This document shows, piece by piece, positions 24,566-45,202 of a stretch of 64,000 nucleotides of DNA. Each line of letters begins with the position of its first letter. Position 1 is the stretch's first letter. A program made the translations under genes and the position numbers. The notes below the pieces were generated by a model. It saw only the letters and a program-made list of their open reading frames with translations, did no database searches and was not told the DNA's origin. Origin of the DNA: the human T2T-CHM13v2.0 reference genome, Homo sapiens; the NCBI RefSeq assembly GCF_009914755.1, contig NC_060925.1; one strand, 5' to 3'.

Positions 24566-26645
24566 AAGACCTAATGAAAATTCACTACAATAATGATGGA
24601 ATTGATAAGGAAATGAAGTTACTTCTGTTTCATACAACATTTTAAGATAATAACTAGAATTATGAATACCAGCATTATATGAGGACAACTTGATGTCTAT
24701 GAATTTCATACAATTTCCAAACCATATAGTAATAACACATACACACAAAAATAACCCAAAGAAAGTTAAGCATTACTTATTTTTGACAGTACTATTCATA
24801 TAATTTAATGTATCAAATAAGCCCAAATACTTATTATCTATCTTTTGTAAGGATGGATATCCTTTTGATGTGTTCCAAGGGCCCATGTGGAAAATCTCAA
24901 AGTTAATTCAAGGTCAAGAAAAAGGTTTAATTTTACATTTTATATTTGGGAAGTCTGTCCAAAATATCAAAGGTTTGAAACACTTGAGCAAAATATTTAA
25001 TAGGATCACAGGTCACTGTGAATAGTAGTAATTTATTTAACCAAAGTGATAATTAAAACACTTCAAAGGCAAATATAGAAAGCTACATAGTTGTAGAAAA
25101 ACTTTAGCTCTCTTAATAGAGAAGACTCAGTTCTCTTATGAAATAAAAAACCTAATAAAGACAGCATGAAGCACTGGACATTATCTTAGTAAAATACAGA
25201 ATATTTATCTCCTACACCAATTATCTAAAATGGAAAGAAAAACCTTTCACAATTTCCTGTTAGAAGTAGACCAAGAAAATGTTGTTTTAACAGAAACACC
25301 AAATTCTAGTTTTGTATCAGTGTAGTTCTCATACTAATACTGAATTTTTAGAAAAACTTGTAAATAGTTCTTTCTAATCCTAGCTAGCCTGGTCACACAT
25401 GAAATTTATTCCACGATTCATCTTCTACATTGAAAGAACATACAAGAAAAAAAAAGATTTATCTTTCACAAACTCTCTACAACTTTTTCATCATTCAGTT
25501 TTTGTCCTGTACTTTACCTCTTTTCATTTTGGAAAAACCAGTCATTCTACTTTAGTCCAAAAATTATTCTTTTTTCCTTAACAAAACATAACATTCTCAT
25601 ATCTTATAGCTTTTCCTTATCAAAAGTAAATCTTACTTTCCTTGTATTCTTGCATACAGAGTTGTTTCCATTATTAGTTCTAGTGATTTTACTTACATGT
25701 ATTAATTAGAATTCTTAATCTCTAGTGACTTTAATTTCCAGGGAACATTAGGAAGCAAGCAGCTGTGAACTGTCTGTCACACCAGCAATCTGTAAATTGG
25801 CAAATGTATGATCATAGTTTCTAGAAGCACATCCTTTCTCATAGTACAATTTGTCAGTGTGGCATAGAAGATATTTACTAACATTCCCAAATATCCTTAG
25901 TCCCTCTGCAATAAGAAACTGTAGAGGAGGCAAAATTGCATGTCTGTCCTCCTAAGGGTTTGTTTTTGTTTGTTTGTGTGTTTGTTTGTTTGCTAGGCCT
26001 GAGAATTAAATTGTTGTTATTACAGATTACCCTCAGCCTCAACTTTTCTTTCTTGATAAGAATGTCAAAACTTTCTGGTACAGAAAGAATTTTTTTACAT
26101 GAGAACTTTATCTTACATCCATTTAACTCACTTTTTTAACAATTTCACTTGGATTGCTTGTAAAGGTTAAATATTAAGCAGCTAGTCATCATCTTATTTT
26201 TCTTGCTGACAAGTTTTGTAATATAGACATAAAATAAATTTATTTTATTGGTAACCCTAGGTAGGAAAAGTCATGCATCTGTATTATATTTAGTACTGAA
26301 AAATCTGAAGACATGCCTGTTTTAATTAAACCAACAGTATCCTAATTTATCAAAGATTACCCAAATCATGTGAACTTGAAAACTACTTGGGTTAGTTCTT
26401 ATTTTTCTAAACAAATACTTCATTTATGTAAACACTTATTTTTCTTAAAGCCAATTAGAGTTCTTTTAGCACTTAATTTAGCAATATCATAAGTAGATAG
26501 AAAAATATCACACATAGATATCATATATAGAGACATATATAAACATACAGACAGAAACAGATCTTACAGCTTTCATTCTAATATTTTAGCCGTGTGCCAG
26601 TGCAATAATACAAGCTCACTAATTTATTAAAGAATATCTGGATCT

Positions 26646-26775
26646 AGGCTTGGAACAGCGGCTCATGCACATAATCCCAGCACTTTAGGAGGTTGAGGTG
26701 GGAGGATCACTTGAGACCAGGCATTCAAAACCAGCCTGGGTAACATGGCAAGACCCTATCTCTACAAATGAATTT
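26646..26775 (+). mobile_element. Alu left monomer / FLAM
   Basis: ggctcatgc..taatcccagcacttt..gaccctatctctaca. Confidence 0.85.
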
Positions 26776-28476
26776 TTTAAATTACACAATTTTTTTTAAA
26801 GAACATCTGAATCCAAATATTTTCTGTTCATTAGAACTAGGATTTTTTGCCCAATGGCTAAAGATTTTGACTGGCATTTTTGAAAAATACTTTTAAGATG
26901 CTTTTCATTTGCCTTCTGTAAAGAACCTTTTAAAGAGAGAATCTTTGATTCATTTAATCCTTTAGATGCCTCTTTGTACCACTTACAGAATGCATTCCAT
27001 TTTTTTTTTTGGCTTTTTGCATTTGTTTTCTAATGCACTTTGCAAGTGAACAATTTTATCTAGGTTAACACATCCCCACTGTAGTCACTAGTAAAGTTAA
27101 CCCATTTTCCCCAGAACATACAGGTTCTGGGCCCAGAATTTGTGCACATAAAGGTAGCCAGTGTGGCAGAAAGTGGAGTCTCAGACTCCTAGAGTCCCAG
27201 ACTCCTTTTTGATTTGAAAGGTACCTACATGAGGCCTCTAACTAGATCCAATCTAGTTAATTATTAAGTCCAATTTGATCCTAGACCCAGTCAACTAAAA
27301 AGTGCTCAAGTAAAGTTAGAGAGTTTATCACACAAATCCATGGAGCTCAAATTCAGGACAGAATTCACCCATGACTCCAGTTGTTACAAGAGATCAATGG
27401 GCACGATGAGCCCTGGTGAGTACTTTTACTTTGTCACTCAGTGCTCCTGGGGGTCCCTGAAGGTCTACTCCAAATCCAACTTCTGACACCAATTGCTCAA
27501 AGAAAAGCTGTAGACAAATTAAATTTAGCAGAGTTTATTTTAACAAAGAAAAAAATGTATTAATCAGGCAGCTGCCTGAACCACTAAAGGTCCAGAATGC
27601 TTCACCCAACAAGATGGGCAGGCAGTATTTACAGATGGAAAAAGGAAGTTATATACAGAAAGAGCCTGATTGGTCACAGCACAGCATTTGCCTTATATGG
27701 ACATGTCTGAGAAGTTTTCACCTGTGATTGGCTGAAAGTTCAGCTACTATAATTGGCCAAAACTCAATTACAAAAATGCACTCTCGAGTTAGGTCATAGT
27801 TTGTTTACATTTTAAGTTAGAATATAGTTTCCTACAGAGGCATCTTTAGGCCAATTTAATTAACTAAATTTATTGATTAAATTAATTTATTAGATAAATA
27901 ATTTATTAATTTCAACAATACAGTAATAGCAATTATACTTTGCAATCAAAGCATTACCACAAGTCATTGGATCATTTTAGGTGTGGAAGGGACTGAACAG
28001 AATGCTCTTAGATAAGAAAACAGGCTGAGAGAAATCAAGGCACTGCCCAGGGTCACATGACTGGTCAAGTCTTCTGAATATCGTGTGTTGCTTCTTCTAC
28101 TACCAGTCCAAACAAACCATTGTAATAACTGGCTACTCAAATCATGTAGATGACAGTTGTATATCTAAAACTTGTGCTTTAATACTTAGGTTTCCATCTA
28201 TATGCTCTCATATTCTGGGAGAAGGATTTTAATTATAACTAATAAAAAGAGTTTTATTGTTAGACATCCCTGCACTTTGAGCTGCTGGCTAATAGAGTAA
28301 TTGATTATTAAAGAGCATCAGTTTCTCTAGATGTTGAGCTATTTCAAGTTTTAGCAACTTAAGTAACCTGGATAAAATACTAAAAGCCACTACACATTAT
28401 AAACAATTCAATTTTATTTAATTATATTTAATTCTGACAACCTCTTTTGTGCATCAGGAAACTCAGAGAGTCAGAG

Positions 28477-28866
28477 TGATATGGTTTGGCTGTGTCCCCA
28501 CCCAAATCTCATCTCAGATTGTAATCCAAATTGTAATCTCCACATGTTGAGGGAGCCACCTGATGGGAGGTGATTGGATCATGGGGATGGTTCCCCCATG
28601 CTGTTTTTGTGAGAGTGAATGAGTTCTCACAAGATCTGGTTGTTTGATAGGTGCCTGGTGCTTCCCCCTTCTCTCTCTTTCCTGCCACCATGTATCCTGC
28701 CACCATGTAAGATGTGCCTTGCTTCCCCTTCACCCTCTGCATGGATTATAGGTTTCCTGAGGCTTCCCCAGCCACATGGAACTGTGAGTTAATTAAACTC
28801 CCTGTCTTTATAAATTACCCAGTCTCAGGTAGTATCTTTATAGCAGTGTGAAAATGGACTAATACA
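28477..28866. mobile_element. MaLR solo LTR (THE1/MSTA-type)
   Basis: tgatatggtttggctgtgtccccacccaaatctcatct ... ggactaataca; 5-bp TSD CAGAG. Confidence 0.93.
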
Positions 28867-29164
28867 CAGAGTAAACAACTTTCCCAAGTTATATGGCCTA
28901 CAAGTGGGCCCAGATGGGGTTTACTGCCAGGACTGTCTGACTCTCGGCCCTGTGCTAAATGCTGGCATATAGGATGATTAAACTATTTTTTTAAATCATG
29001 TTTTATCTCTGAATTCTTCAGTGTGCATCTTATATCCCAGATGGAATATTATGTTAATGTTTTGTTCCCTCTTTATATACAAAAATTACAAGTGATCCTC
29101 AACAGTATTGAAAAGTTGACAAACTACAGGTTGTCAAAGAAATTTCAGAAATGATTTTAAAATA

Positions 29165-29305
29165 GGTTTGGTAGTGCACGCCTGTAATCACAGTTAGTTG
29201 TGAGGCTGAGATAAGAGGATCACCTGAGCCCAGGGAGGCTGAGGCTGCAGTAAGCCATGGTTGTGCCACTGCACTCCAGCCTGGGCAAGAGAGTGAGACC
29301 CTGTT
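29165..29305 (+). mobile_element. Alu right monomer / FRAM
   Basis: gaggctgaggctgcagtaagcc..ccactgcactccagcctgggcaa. Confidence 0.85.
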
Positions 29306-30332
29306 TCCCCCTCAAAGAATGGTTTTAATTTGTTTGTGTCCACATTCATAAATATTGTAATGATTTAGGTATTAAGGTATCTGTATAAAAAAGGGAACTG
29401 CATTTGTTCACTAAAAATATCCTCATAAGTGCCTGAAGAAAAAAGTAGACACTTTGAAGGACCTTGTTTTGGGCAGAATTGCATTCTCAGGATAACAGAA
29501 AGAACTTTCAAACAATTTAGAAGAGGAATGAAGGAAAAAATTAAGAACGAAAAGAAAGAATAGAGACAGTGGGATAACAGAATGCTGTGTAGGTTCAAAG
29601 TGATGTCTCCCTGTGGCCCTTTGTATATTCAGTAAAGTTATTAAACACAAAAAATATGTAGTGGAGGTGGATTTTTTGTGGAATTGAAAAGGAGCTAAGC
29701 TTTATACATAGATTGATAGGAGGCAAAACAATAACAGCACGATCTGAGGCCAATGCAGACATGGACAAAGCCATGAAGTAGTAAGCAGAAGTCATGGACA
29801 GAGCTGTGAAATTGATGGTATGTGCCTGGGTACAGGGAGACCCCAGCTGCTATCCAAGTTACATAAATCTTAAAAAAGTCCTCAGGTTGCCTGAGCCTTA
29901 GAAAAGTTGCTAAAAACTCTGTGTATCACATAAGAGACCAGCTTGGAGTTGTTACTTTTACAAGACTCATAGTATCATAGAAAGACCTAAATATCCTCTT
30001 CAAGCAAGGACATATGGCTTACAGTTTATTCATTTATTAAACATTTATAAAGCACCTACTACATGCCAGGCACTGTGCTATGTCTGGGAATACCAAGAGG
30101 CACAAGAAAAAAACAAATGCAAGCTTTTGAGCTTTAGTTAATAGAGTTCTGCAACTATTTACAAAGAACTTCTATAAATATTATCCTACCTGATCCCCAC
30201 CACAACATTGTGGGTTAGGCAAAGCAAAAATGATTAAACCCCTCTACAGATAAGGATGTTAAGGAACTTTGATTCCTCACTAGTATCCTTTCTGCTTCAC
30301 TCCACTATACTATACTACTCTAAATATAACAA

Positions 30333-37724
<7,392 letters not shown>

Positions 37725-38411
37725 TGATACCATGTAATACCTTTTGTATTAATTACAAACCCCTTAGGCAGACTCAAGATAGAATTCTAAGTGATATGAT
37801 AGATAAGATAGTTTCTAACGTACAGTTGCAGGCTTTGTCACAAATGTTTATCAAGCTATAAAGATGTTTAAAGAAATTCTTAAAAAGAAAAACATAAAAG
37901 TGGCTGTTTCCTCCAATCTTCAGATAGTGGATATGTGAGTCACTGAATCACCACTACTGACACTAGTAAACTCATTTCAAGCATAATAATTGGCCTTAAG
38001 TAGTCTTGGTTCTCCCTCCAACTCCACTTTCAGTGCTTTCATTCTAAAGGTGGGTTCTCAGGAAAAGAAAAATAATAACCTCGAGGTGTAAGGAACAGAG
38101 GGAATTACTTCCTTTAATGTGTGGCATTAAAAAACAAACACTCACATTTTAGAATGACAGGTATCTGTGGGGAAGATCTGTGTAGGTAGGGGACCTTTGA
38201 TGCTTCGAGTGTAGCGGGAAGTTGTGAGTTAGGGAATTGTGTTTGTCTTAACTTTGTTTTTTGTAGAGAGAAAAACAATTTCACGGGGTGGGTCCAATTT
38301 TCAGACTAAGTAAATTCTGTGCTCTCTTTCAGCTCTAAAATTCTGTGGCTCTAACTGTGAATCAGAGAAGTGAAATAGAGTAATGGAAGTGAGACTGAAG
38401 AAGATGGTTGA

Positions 38412-39608
38412 CAACTCAAGATGAATGAAAGACAAATCTAACACCTGAAACCATAAAAATACTAGACGATAACATCAGAAAAACTCTTCTAGACATTGAC
38501 TTAAGCAAAGACTTCATGACCAAGAAGCCAAAAGCAAATGCAACAAAAACAAAGATAAATAGATTGGACTTAATTAAATTAAAAAGCTTCTGCACAACAA
38601 ATGAAATAATTAGCAGAGTTAACGGACAACCCACAGAGTGGGAGAAAATCTTTGCAATCTATACATAAAACAAAAGACTAATATCCAGAATCTACAAGGA
38701 ACTCAAACAAATCAGCAGGAAAAAACGAACAATCTCATCAAAAAGTGGGCTAAAGACATGAATAGACAATTCTCAAAAGAAGATATACAAATGGCCAACA
38801 AGCATATGGAAAAATGTTCAACATCACTAATGATCAGGGAAATGCAAATCAAAACCACAATGCAATACCACCTTACTCCTGCAAGAATGTCCATAATTTT
38901 AAAAATATAAAATTATAGATGTTGGCATGAATGTGGTGAAAAGGGAAAACTTTTACACTGCTGGTGTGAATTTAAAGTAGTACAACCACTATGGAAAACA
39001 GTGTGGAGATTCCTTAAAGAATTGAAAGTAGTTCTACCATTTGATTCAGCAATCCCACTACTGGGTATCTAACCAGAGGAAAAGAAGTCATTACACAAGA
39101 AAGATACTTGCACAAGCATGTTTACGTCACCACAATTTGCAATTGCCAAAATATAGAACCAGCTCAAATGCCCATCAATCAATGAGTGGATAATAATTTA
39201 TGATACATATATATATATACACACACACACACACCATGGAACACTACTCAACCATAAAAAAAGGAACAAAATAATGGCATTTGCAGCAACCTGGATGGAG
39301 TTAGAGACCATTATTCTAAGTAAAGTAACCCAGGAATGGAAAACCAAACATTGTATGTTCTCACTCATAAGTGGGAGCTAAGCTATGAGAATGCAAAGGC
39401 ATAAGAATGATACGATGGACTTTGGGGACTTAGGGGAAAGGGCAGGAGGGAGGTGAGGCATAAAAGACTACACATTGCGTACAGTGTACACTGCTTGGGT
39501 GATGAGTGCACCAAAATCTCGCAAATCACCACTAAAGAACTTTTTCATGTAACCAAACACCACCTGCTCCCTAAAAACCTATCGAAATAAAAAATATACT
39601 TTTTAAAA
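38412..39608 (+). mobile_element. 5'-truncated L1 (L1PB-like)
   Basis: ORF2 C-terminal remnant plus L1PB-type 3'UTR; TSD aagaagatg(g/a)ttga (38398-38411, 39609-39622). Confidence 0.9.
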
Positions 39609-40964
39609 AAGAAGATGATTGAGAAATACAATGAAGGAGCTAAGAAACATCCCTCTAGTGCATTGATCAATAAAGACTTGGTATGATGCATTAACAACCA
39701 ATCCCCAAACCTCGATACCTTGAAATAAAACAAAGATTATTTCATGTATGTGTCCATTAGTGTAGGCCCTGCTCATCACATTCACCAGGTATTCGGACTA
39801 ATAGAAGAGCCATCTTGAAAGTTGCTGATTACCACACTGAAGGAAAAGAAAGTTCTATGGAATCTTACTGGCAATTAAGTGCTCTAGCCCAGAAAGGACA
39901 CCTTACTCTAGCTCACAGTTCTTTGACCAGAACGAGTCACATTCCTCCCAACCAACCGCTAGAGGGCCAAGAAGAACAATCCTACCATTCATCTTCCCTG
40001 AAGGTAGGAGGTCCAGAATATTTCCTAAAGAGCATTATTGTCTACCAATTCAGCTTCTTAGGGTCTAGGTCCACTCGAATAAGGGGACTACATATCCTTC
40101 CTTATCCCATGGCCTAGAGTATAACTGACTAACAAAAATCCCTAAAAATAGCAGAAACTGAAGTTGCCACCGAAGGCCGGTCTTCTCATTTTTAATTACT
40201 ACAAGTCTCTTGCTGATTATGGAAAATGAGATGATATAATAAAATCATCATCTTATTCTCAACCAACAGTTTAAAGTCCTGTGATTCTCCTTATGTTAGC
40301 AGCATGCCTGGTAAGGCCCAGGGACAAGTTAAGTCCCACCATTAGTGTACCAAATCCCAGTACTTACATACTTACCTTGATGTGTATATGCTGCACACCA
40401 AGGTAAATTACAAATCAAACATATTCTGATTTTTGAAAACATACTTGAACTAATAGTCATTTTAAAGGCTTACTCTCTGGGTATAATTAAGCTTGAAATC
40501 ATCCAAATATTATTATTTTCATAGCTGCAGCAAAGCAGCTGAATTTCACAGAGCTAACAATGCTGTCTCTGTGCTGAATACTTAATAAGCCAGAAATGAG
40601 GCAAAAGGTGAGCCCAATGAGCAAGCAGTATACTCAGTGATACACAGGACCTCCAGGTCAAAGGGTTATACCATGTTGAAAATCAAGGAAAAAGACATAT
40701 TCTTTCAGAAATTTCTCTCTGCTTCAGTCCACCAACCTCTCATGGAATTTATTCTCTGTACCTGTGGGAGTCATTTCAGTGTTATGAACCAGCAATCAAG
40801 ACACCTTATCTGGTCCAACAATGACAGCATCATCATCATCATCATTATCATCATTACAATCATACACAGTATTTACTATATATACACAAATCTCTTGACA
40901 TAGATTATCTCATCTAATCCCCACCACAACTATCTGATGCAGATGTTATTATGCCTGTTTTATT

Positions 40965-42075
40965 TATTTTTTAGAATTTTTTATTTTATTTATTTCAATA
41001 GCTTTTGGGGGAGCAGGTGGTGTTTTGTTACCTGGATAAGTTCTTTAATGGTGATTTGTGGGTTTTGGTGCACCCATCATCTGAGCAGTGTACACTATAC
41101 CCAATGTGTAGTCTTTTATGCATCACCCCCCACTCCAACACTTACCCCCAAGTCCCCAAAGTCCATTGTATCATTTTTATGCCTTTGTATTCTCATAGCC
41201 TAGCTCCAACTTATGAGTGAGAACATAGAATGTTCAGTTTTCCACTCCCAAGTTACTTCACTTAGGATAATGGTCTGCAACTCCATCCAGGTTGCTGTGA
41301 ATGCCATTATTTCATCCCTTTTTATGGCTGAGTAGTATTCCATGGTATGTATATACCACGAATTATTTATCCACTCATTGATTGATGGGCATTTTGGCTG
41401 GTTTCATTTTTTGCAATTGCAAATTGTGCTGCTATAAACAAGTGTGTTCAAGTATCTTTTTTGTATAATGACTCCTTTTCCTCATTTTCAAGACAGCATC
41501 AGCTGCGGTAGTATAGGGAGAATGCAAGATTGCCCTAAGGTCTCCTGGATAAGTATTCGTGTTTCTCAGGCTAATAGTCAAAACTATTACAAAGTTCAGC
41601 TGGAAGTTTCCTTCTCCCTGTGGTCCTTCCTCAATTTCACTGGCAGCCCTCCTCAAGGACCCCTGTGAGATAAAGTCAGAAATGACTTCCCTGGGCACCA
41701 AGAGTACCTACAGGGCTCTTCCCACTGCTTCTACTTTTATATTTCGTTTTGCTCTCTAAATTCATCCCAGCTCTAGGTAAGGTTAAATCCTTCTCCTGTG
41801 ATCTGGATTTTTAGGTTCCCTAGTGGGTTTGCGTGTTTGGAGGCAGATTTTTTCCCCCACTCACACTTTGGGCACTCACAGTTTTTCAGCTGTCTCATGG
41901 AGTTTGCAGCGGCAAGCCACTTCTTTCAAAGGTCCTGTGAATTCTTTTGGTTTTCCTGGTATGTTCATGCAGTACTTCTTGGAGGAAAATTTCACTGTGT
42001 GAGTCTCCACATGCTGTTCTGTCTGTCTGCGTGGAAACTGCAAGTTAGTCCTGCCTCCTATCCACCATTTTCCAA
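40965..42075 (-). mobile_element. Internally deleted L1PB-like element: 5'UTR start (~41484-42075) fused to 3' end (~40965-41483), adjacent to an older L1M piece within a MIR
   Basis: Left part is the reverse complement of 39075-39600; right part resembles the L1PB 5' terminus (aaaatggtggataggaggcaggactaacttgcag). Confidence 0.75.
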
Positions 42076-42799
42076 CAATCTGTCGTTAACCATTTCAAAG
42101 TATAGAATTCAGTGGCATTTAGTACATTCATAATGCTGTGTAACCACAACCTCTATCCAGTTTCAAAACACTTTCATCACACCCAAAAGAAAACTCCATA
42201 CTCATTAGCAATCCTTCCCCATTCCCTTCTTTCCCCAGCCCCTGGCAGCCACTCGATCATGCCTATTTTAAATTGAGGAAACTAAAGCTGAGAAAAGTTA
42301 TACAATTTTTCCAACATGACTCTGATAATAGCTGGTGAACGCAATACTCGAACCCAGGACTTGTGATTCCCAAGATCAGACTCCTCCCATATACCTGTCT
42401 TTTATTTCCCAAGTGCTTGGGCAATCAGCTGCACTTAAAAAGCCTTTACAAATTGAGTTTACTAATGTGAGTAATATATGATTTTTTAAAAATAATAATT
42501 GTCCCTAAAGGTGAAATGGATCAAAGCCCTTAAAAGTGAATCTGTGGTGTAGTAACTGTTAACATAATTGTCTTATTTTATTCTCATCCCCTTAAAGAAT
42601 AAAACTGATGAACAAGTGAGGATGCTGGTGTAACTCCCTAACTTAGTTTATAGTCTGTAAGCAGAAGAGTGAGTCTAAAGTACATATCACCAGACAGTGT
42701 TTCTCCTAGCATTTCGCTGTTGCATTAATCAACAAGTTAAAATATAAACAACGGCTAACCTTGGGTTTCAAATTTAACATTCCTTATCTCTTAGACCAG

Positions 42800-42922
42800 G
42801 TTTATCCACTGTGCTGGGGACTCCCAAGCCAGCACTGGCTCATACTGATTCATTTTGATCTCTGCTAATACCAGAGTCCTGCGTGGCAGAGCCATTGGCA
42901 CCAGAAATTACAAGTACGTAAA
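42800..42922 (+). promoter_or_regulatory. FMO1: FMO1 upstream promoter (P0) and non-coding first exon; start approximate, donor GTAAGT at 42923
   Basis: ...cagaaattacaagtacgtaaa recalled as the FMO1 mRNA leader that joins gagaacATG; canonical donor follows. Confidence 0.75.
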
Positions 42923-43127
42923 GTAAGTAACCAGATATAATCTCTGATTTCTTTGGATGAGGAAAGTGGGGTCTGGAGTTTTCCTGTTTTGTTATTGTGC
43001 TCCAGGGAAGAACCACCTTATCAGAAAGCAGCTTTCTCTGTCCAACCCTGGAGGAGCTATAAAGCTACTCCTTGGCCCAAAGTATAGGAGTAGTAAATGT
43101 TTGGATACTTATAATGGGACAATATCA

Positions 43128-43228
43128 TTGATTCAACCACTTAATAATCTACCCAGCAGTATACTTACCTGTCTTCCATGTACACAGGTAAGTATACTGT
43201 TGGGTAGATTATTAAGTGGTTGAATCAA
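43128..43228. repeat. Inverted repeat, 45-bp arms (1 mismatch, a G-U pair on + RNA), 11-nt loop
   Basis: 43128-43172 is the reverse complement of 43184-43228. Confidence 0.97.
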
Positions 43229-43986
43229 ATGGGAAAAACTTGGATTTCTAATGCAAGAGGAAAAGTCTCTTTTTTTTTTTAGTGCTTCCATCAGCAGCTT
43301 CTAACATTGTCTGAGATCATAGTTTTTGAAGGGTGACTACCAAATGTTGGCATTTGGCACAAGTGGGAAGCAAAAGGCAAGCCCCTTTAGAATTTGACTA
43401 ATCTGTTCTGTCATGTCATCTTTTTTTCTGTTGTTAAAAGTGTTTCGTGCTTCATTCTATGTATTATGTCAAAATTTATTGATTTCCATGTGATTGGCAC
43501 ATCTTTTTTACTAATCCTGCTCCAGTTAAATTCACAAGATCATAAACATCAAGGGTTTGAAAATCATTTTTAGATATTCAGGTCTATGCCATCTGTTCTG
43601 CAGATGGAGAAACTGAGTCCTTGGTTATTAGAGTTTCCCCTGCATCCTAGGGAATCTGCTATGGCCTTGTAACTGGCACAGAGGACCTAAAGCCTGGGAG
43701 AATTTTTATTTGCTTGTTGTGGTTAGGAACATTTGAGTAAATGAGGAGCTGCTGCTAGAGGACAGAAATCCCAGAGTATGGCCCTCCTTGGACCCAAGTT
43801 TCTTACCAGCTGTGCTCCTTTGTTCCCAGGGGCTAAGTAGGCACCTTCACCCACCCCAACTGCCATCCAGCTGAATCTCTCTCTGATTACTCCTGAAATG
43901 TCACAACCCACTTGAGGATAGGGTATCATTGTGCAGTCTGTGCCAACCAGTATTCTGAAGTATTTTCATGCACTAAGGTGTAGGAG

Positions 43987-44030
43987 TGTGTGTGTGTGTG
44001 TATGTGTGTGTGTGAGAGAGAGAGACAGAG
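43987..44030. repeat. (TG)n(GA)n compound microsatellite
   Basis: Directly visible. Confidence 0.9.
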
Positions 44031-45202
44031 GGAGTAGGGAAGGAGGAGAAGATGGGGAATGCATAAATAGAGGGCTGGATACAAATCTGACAGTGCCAAT
44101 GGCTTCCTAGTAAATGCATAGGTGAGTCACACTGGAAACAGTTAAACATTGGCTAATTGATACAATGCTAGCCTCAAATATAGTATAATATGCATTTTCT
44201 TGACATCAACAAATAAAATCTCCGGGTCAATAAAATAAACTCGGAAAATAAAACTCTTGCCCAGAAGTTTTCAACTTTCTAGGTTCAAGGAGCCCTTGGT
44301 GTGCAATTTCTTCAAGGTGCCCCCAGACCATAGTTTCTCCTATTAAGTAGACAAAAACTTAATAACTATTTATGTTCTAACAACTTTGTAGTTTTTTGAA
44401 CAAGTAATATACAAACTAAAAGAAAAATAATATTTTTATTTCATTCTTAATCCCAATTACTTAATAATAAGGTTTATGTGCCTGCTGAGCACTGCACAAC
44501 TTCTCAAACCTTGGAATCAGATCAGACATGAACCCTTCATTTCTATTCTACCTCAGTTTTCATGCAATACTTGCTTTTTGTCATAGCAATTGTCAAACAC
44601 CCAGCTTTGCAAAGATATGATGTCAGCAAATGGAACACAGTCTTTTACAATATTAAAACTGTTAACTACTTTCAGCTAATACTTAGCATAGTGTTCAACT
44701 GACATCAAGAATCACTGTGCTTCTTCAAAATTTTAAAATAGCTCAGAGTGCCGCTGCAGTTTGGTAATGACAGGCGTCACCTCATGTTTTGACCTCTCAT
44801 GATCTACTGTCCTACTAAACCAAAGCGGACACTCAATCTGACTTCAGTAAATTATATATTTGCATTTTACAACTTTCAAGAAGAGGAAGCAGTATAAAAT
44901 TCACAAAAAAGCATAGTAGTTTCTAACCCTGTAGTTAAAAATCAGTCACTTTTATACAACCAATAGCGATTTCCCAACTCATTTAGTAATTTTATGTTGC
45001 TTAAGTTATTTTACTTGTTTTTTTCACTCAATTTTCACCCATTGGCATCTACCTTCCTAATTTAGTCCTATTTTCTTATTTTTATCTCTTATTTATTTTA
45101 TATTTAGTCAGCTTTACTGAGGCTTTTCTCATTAAAATAATAATAATAAATTTATCTTAAAACTTCCAACAACGGAATGGCCAAATTTTTATTAAATATC
45201 TA

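Noticed and set aside
42715-42750. HNF1 site in the FMO1 upstream promoter
   Set aside because: Only partial matches to GTTAATNATTAAC; cannot be placed with confidence by eye
42957-43223. 88-aa ORF spanning the hairpin as a novel microprotein
   Set aside because: No recognisable homology; intronic unless the cryptic donor is used
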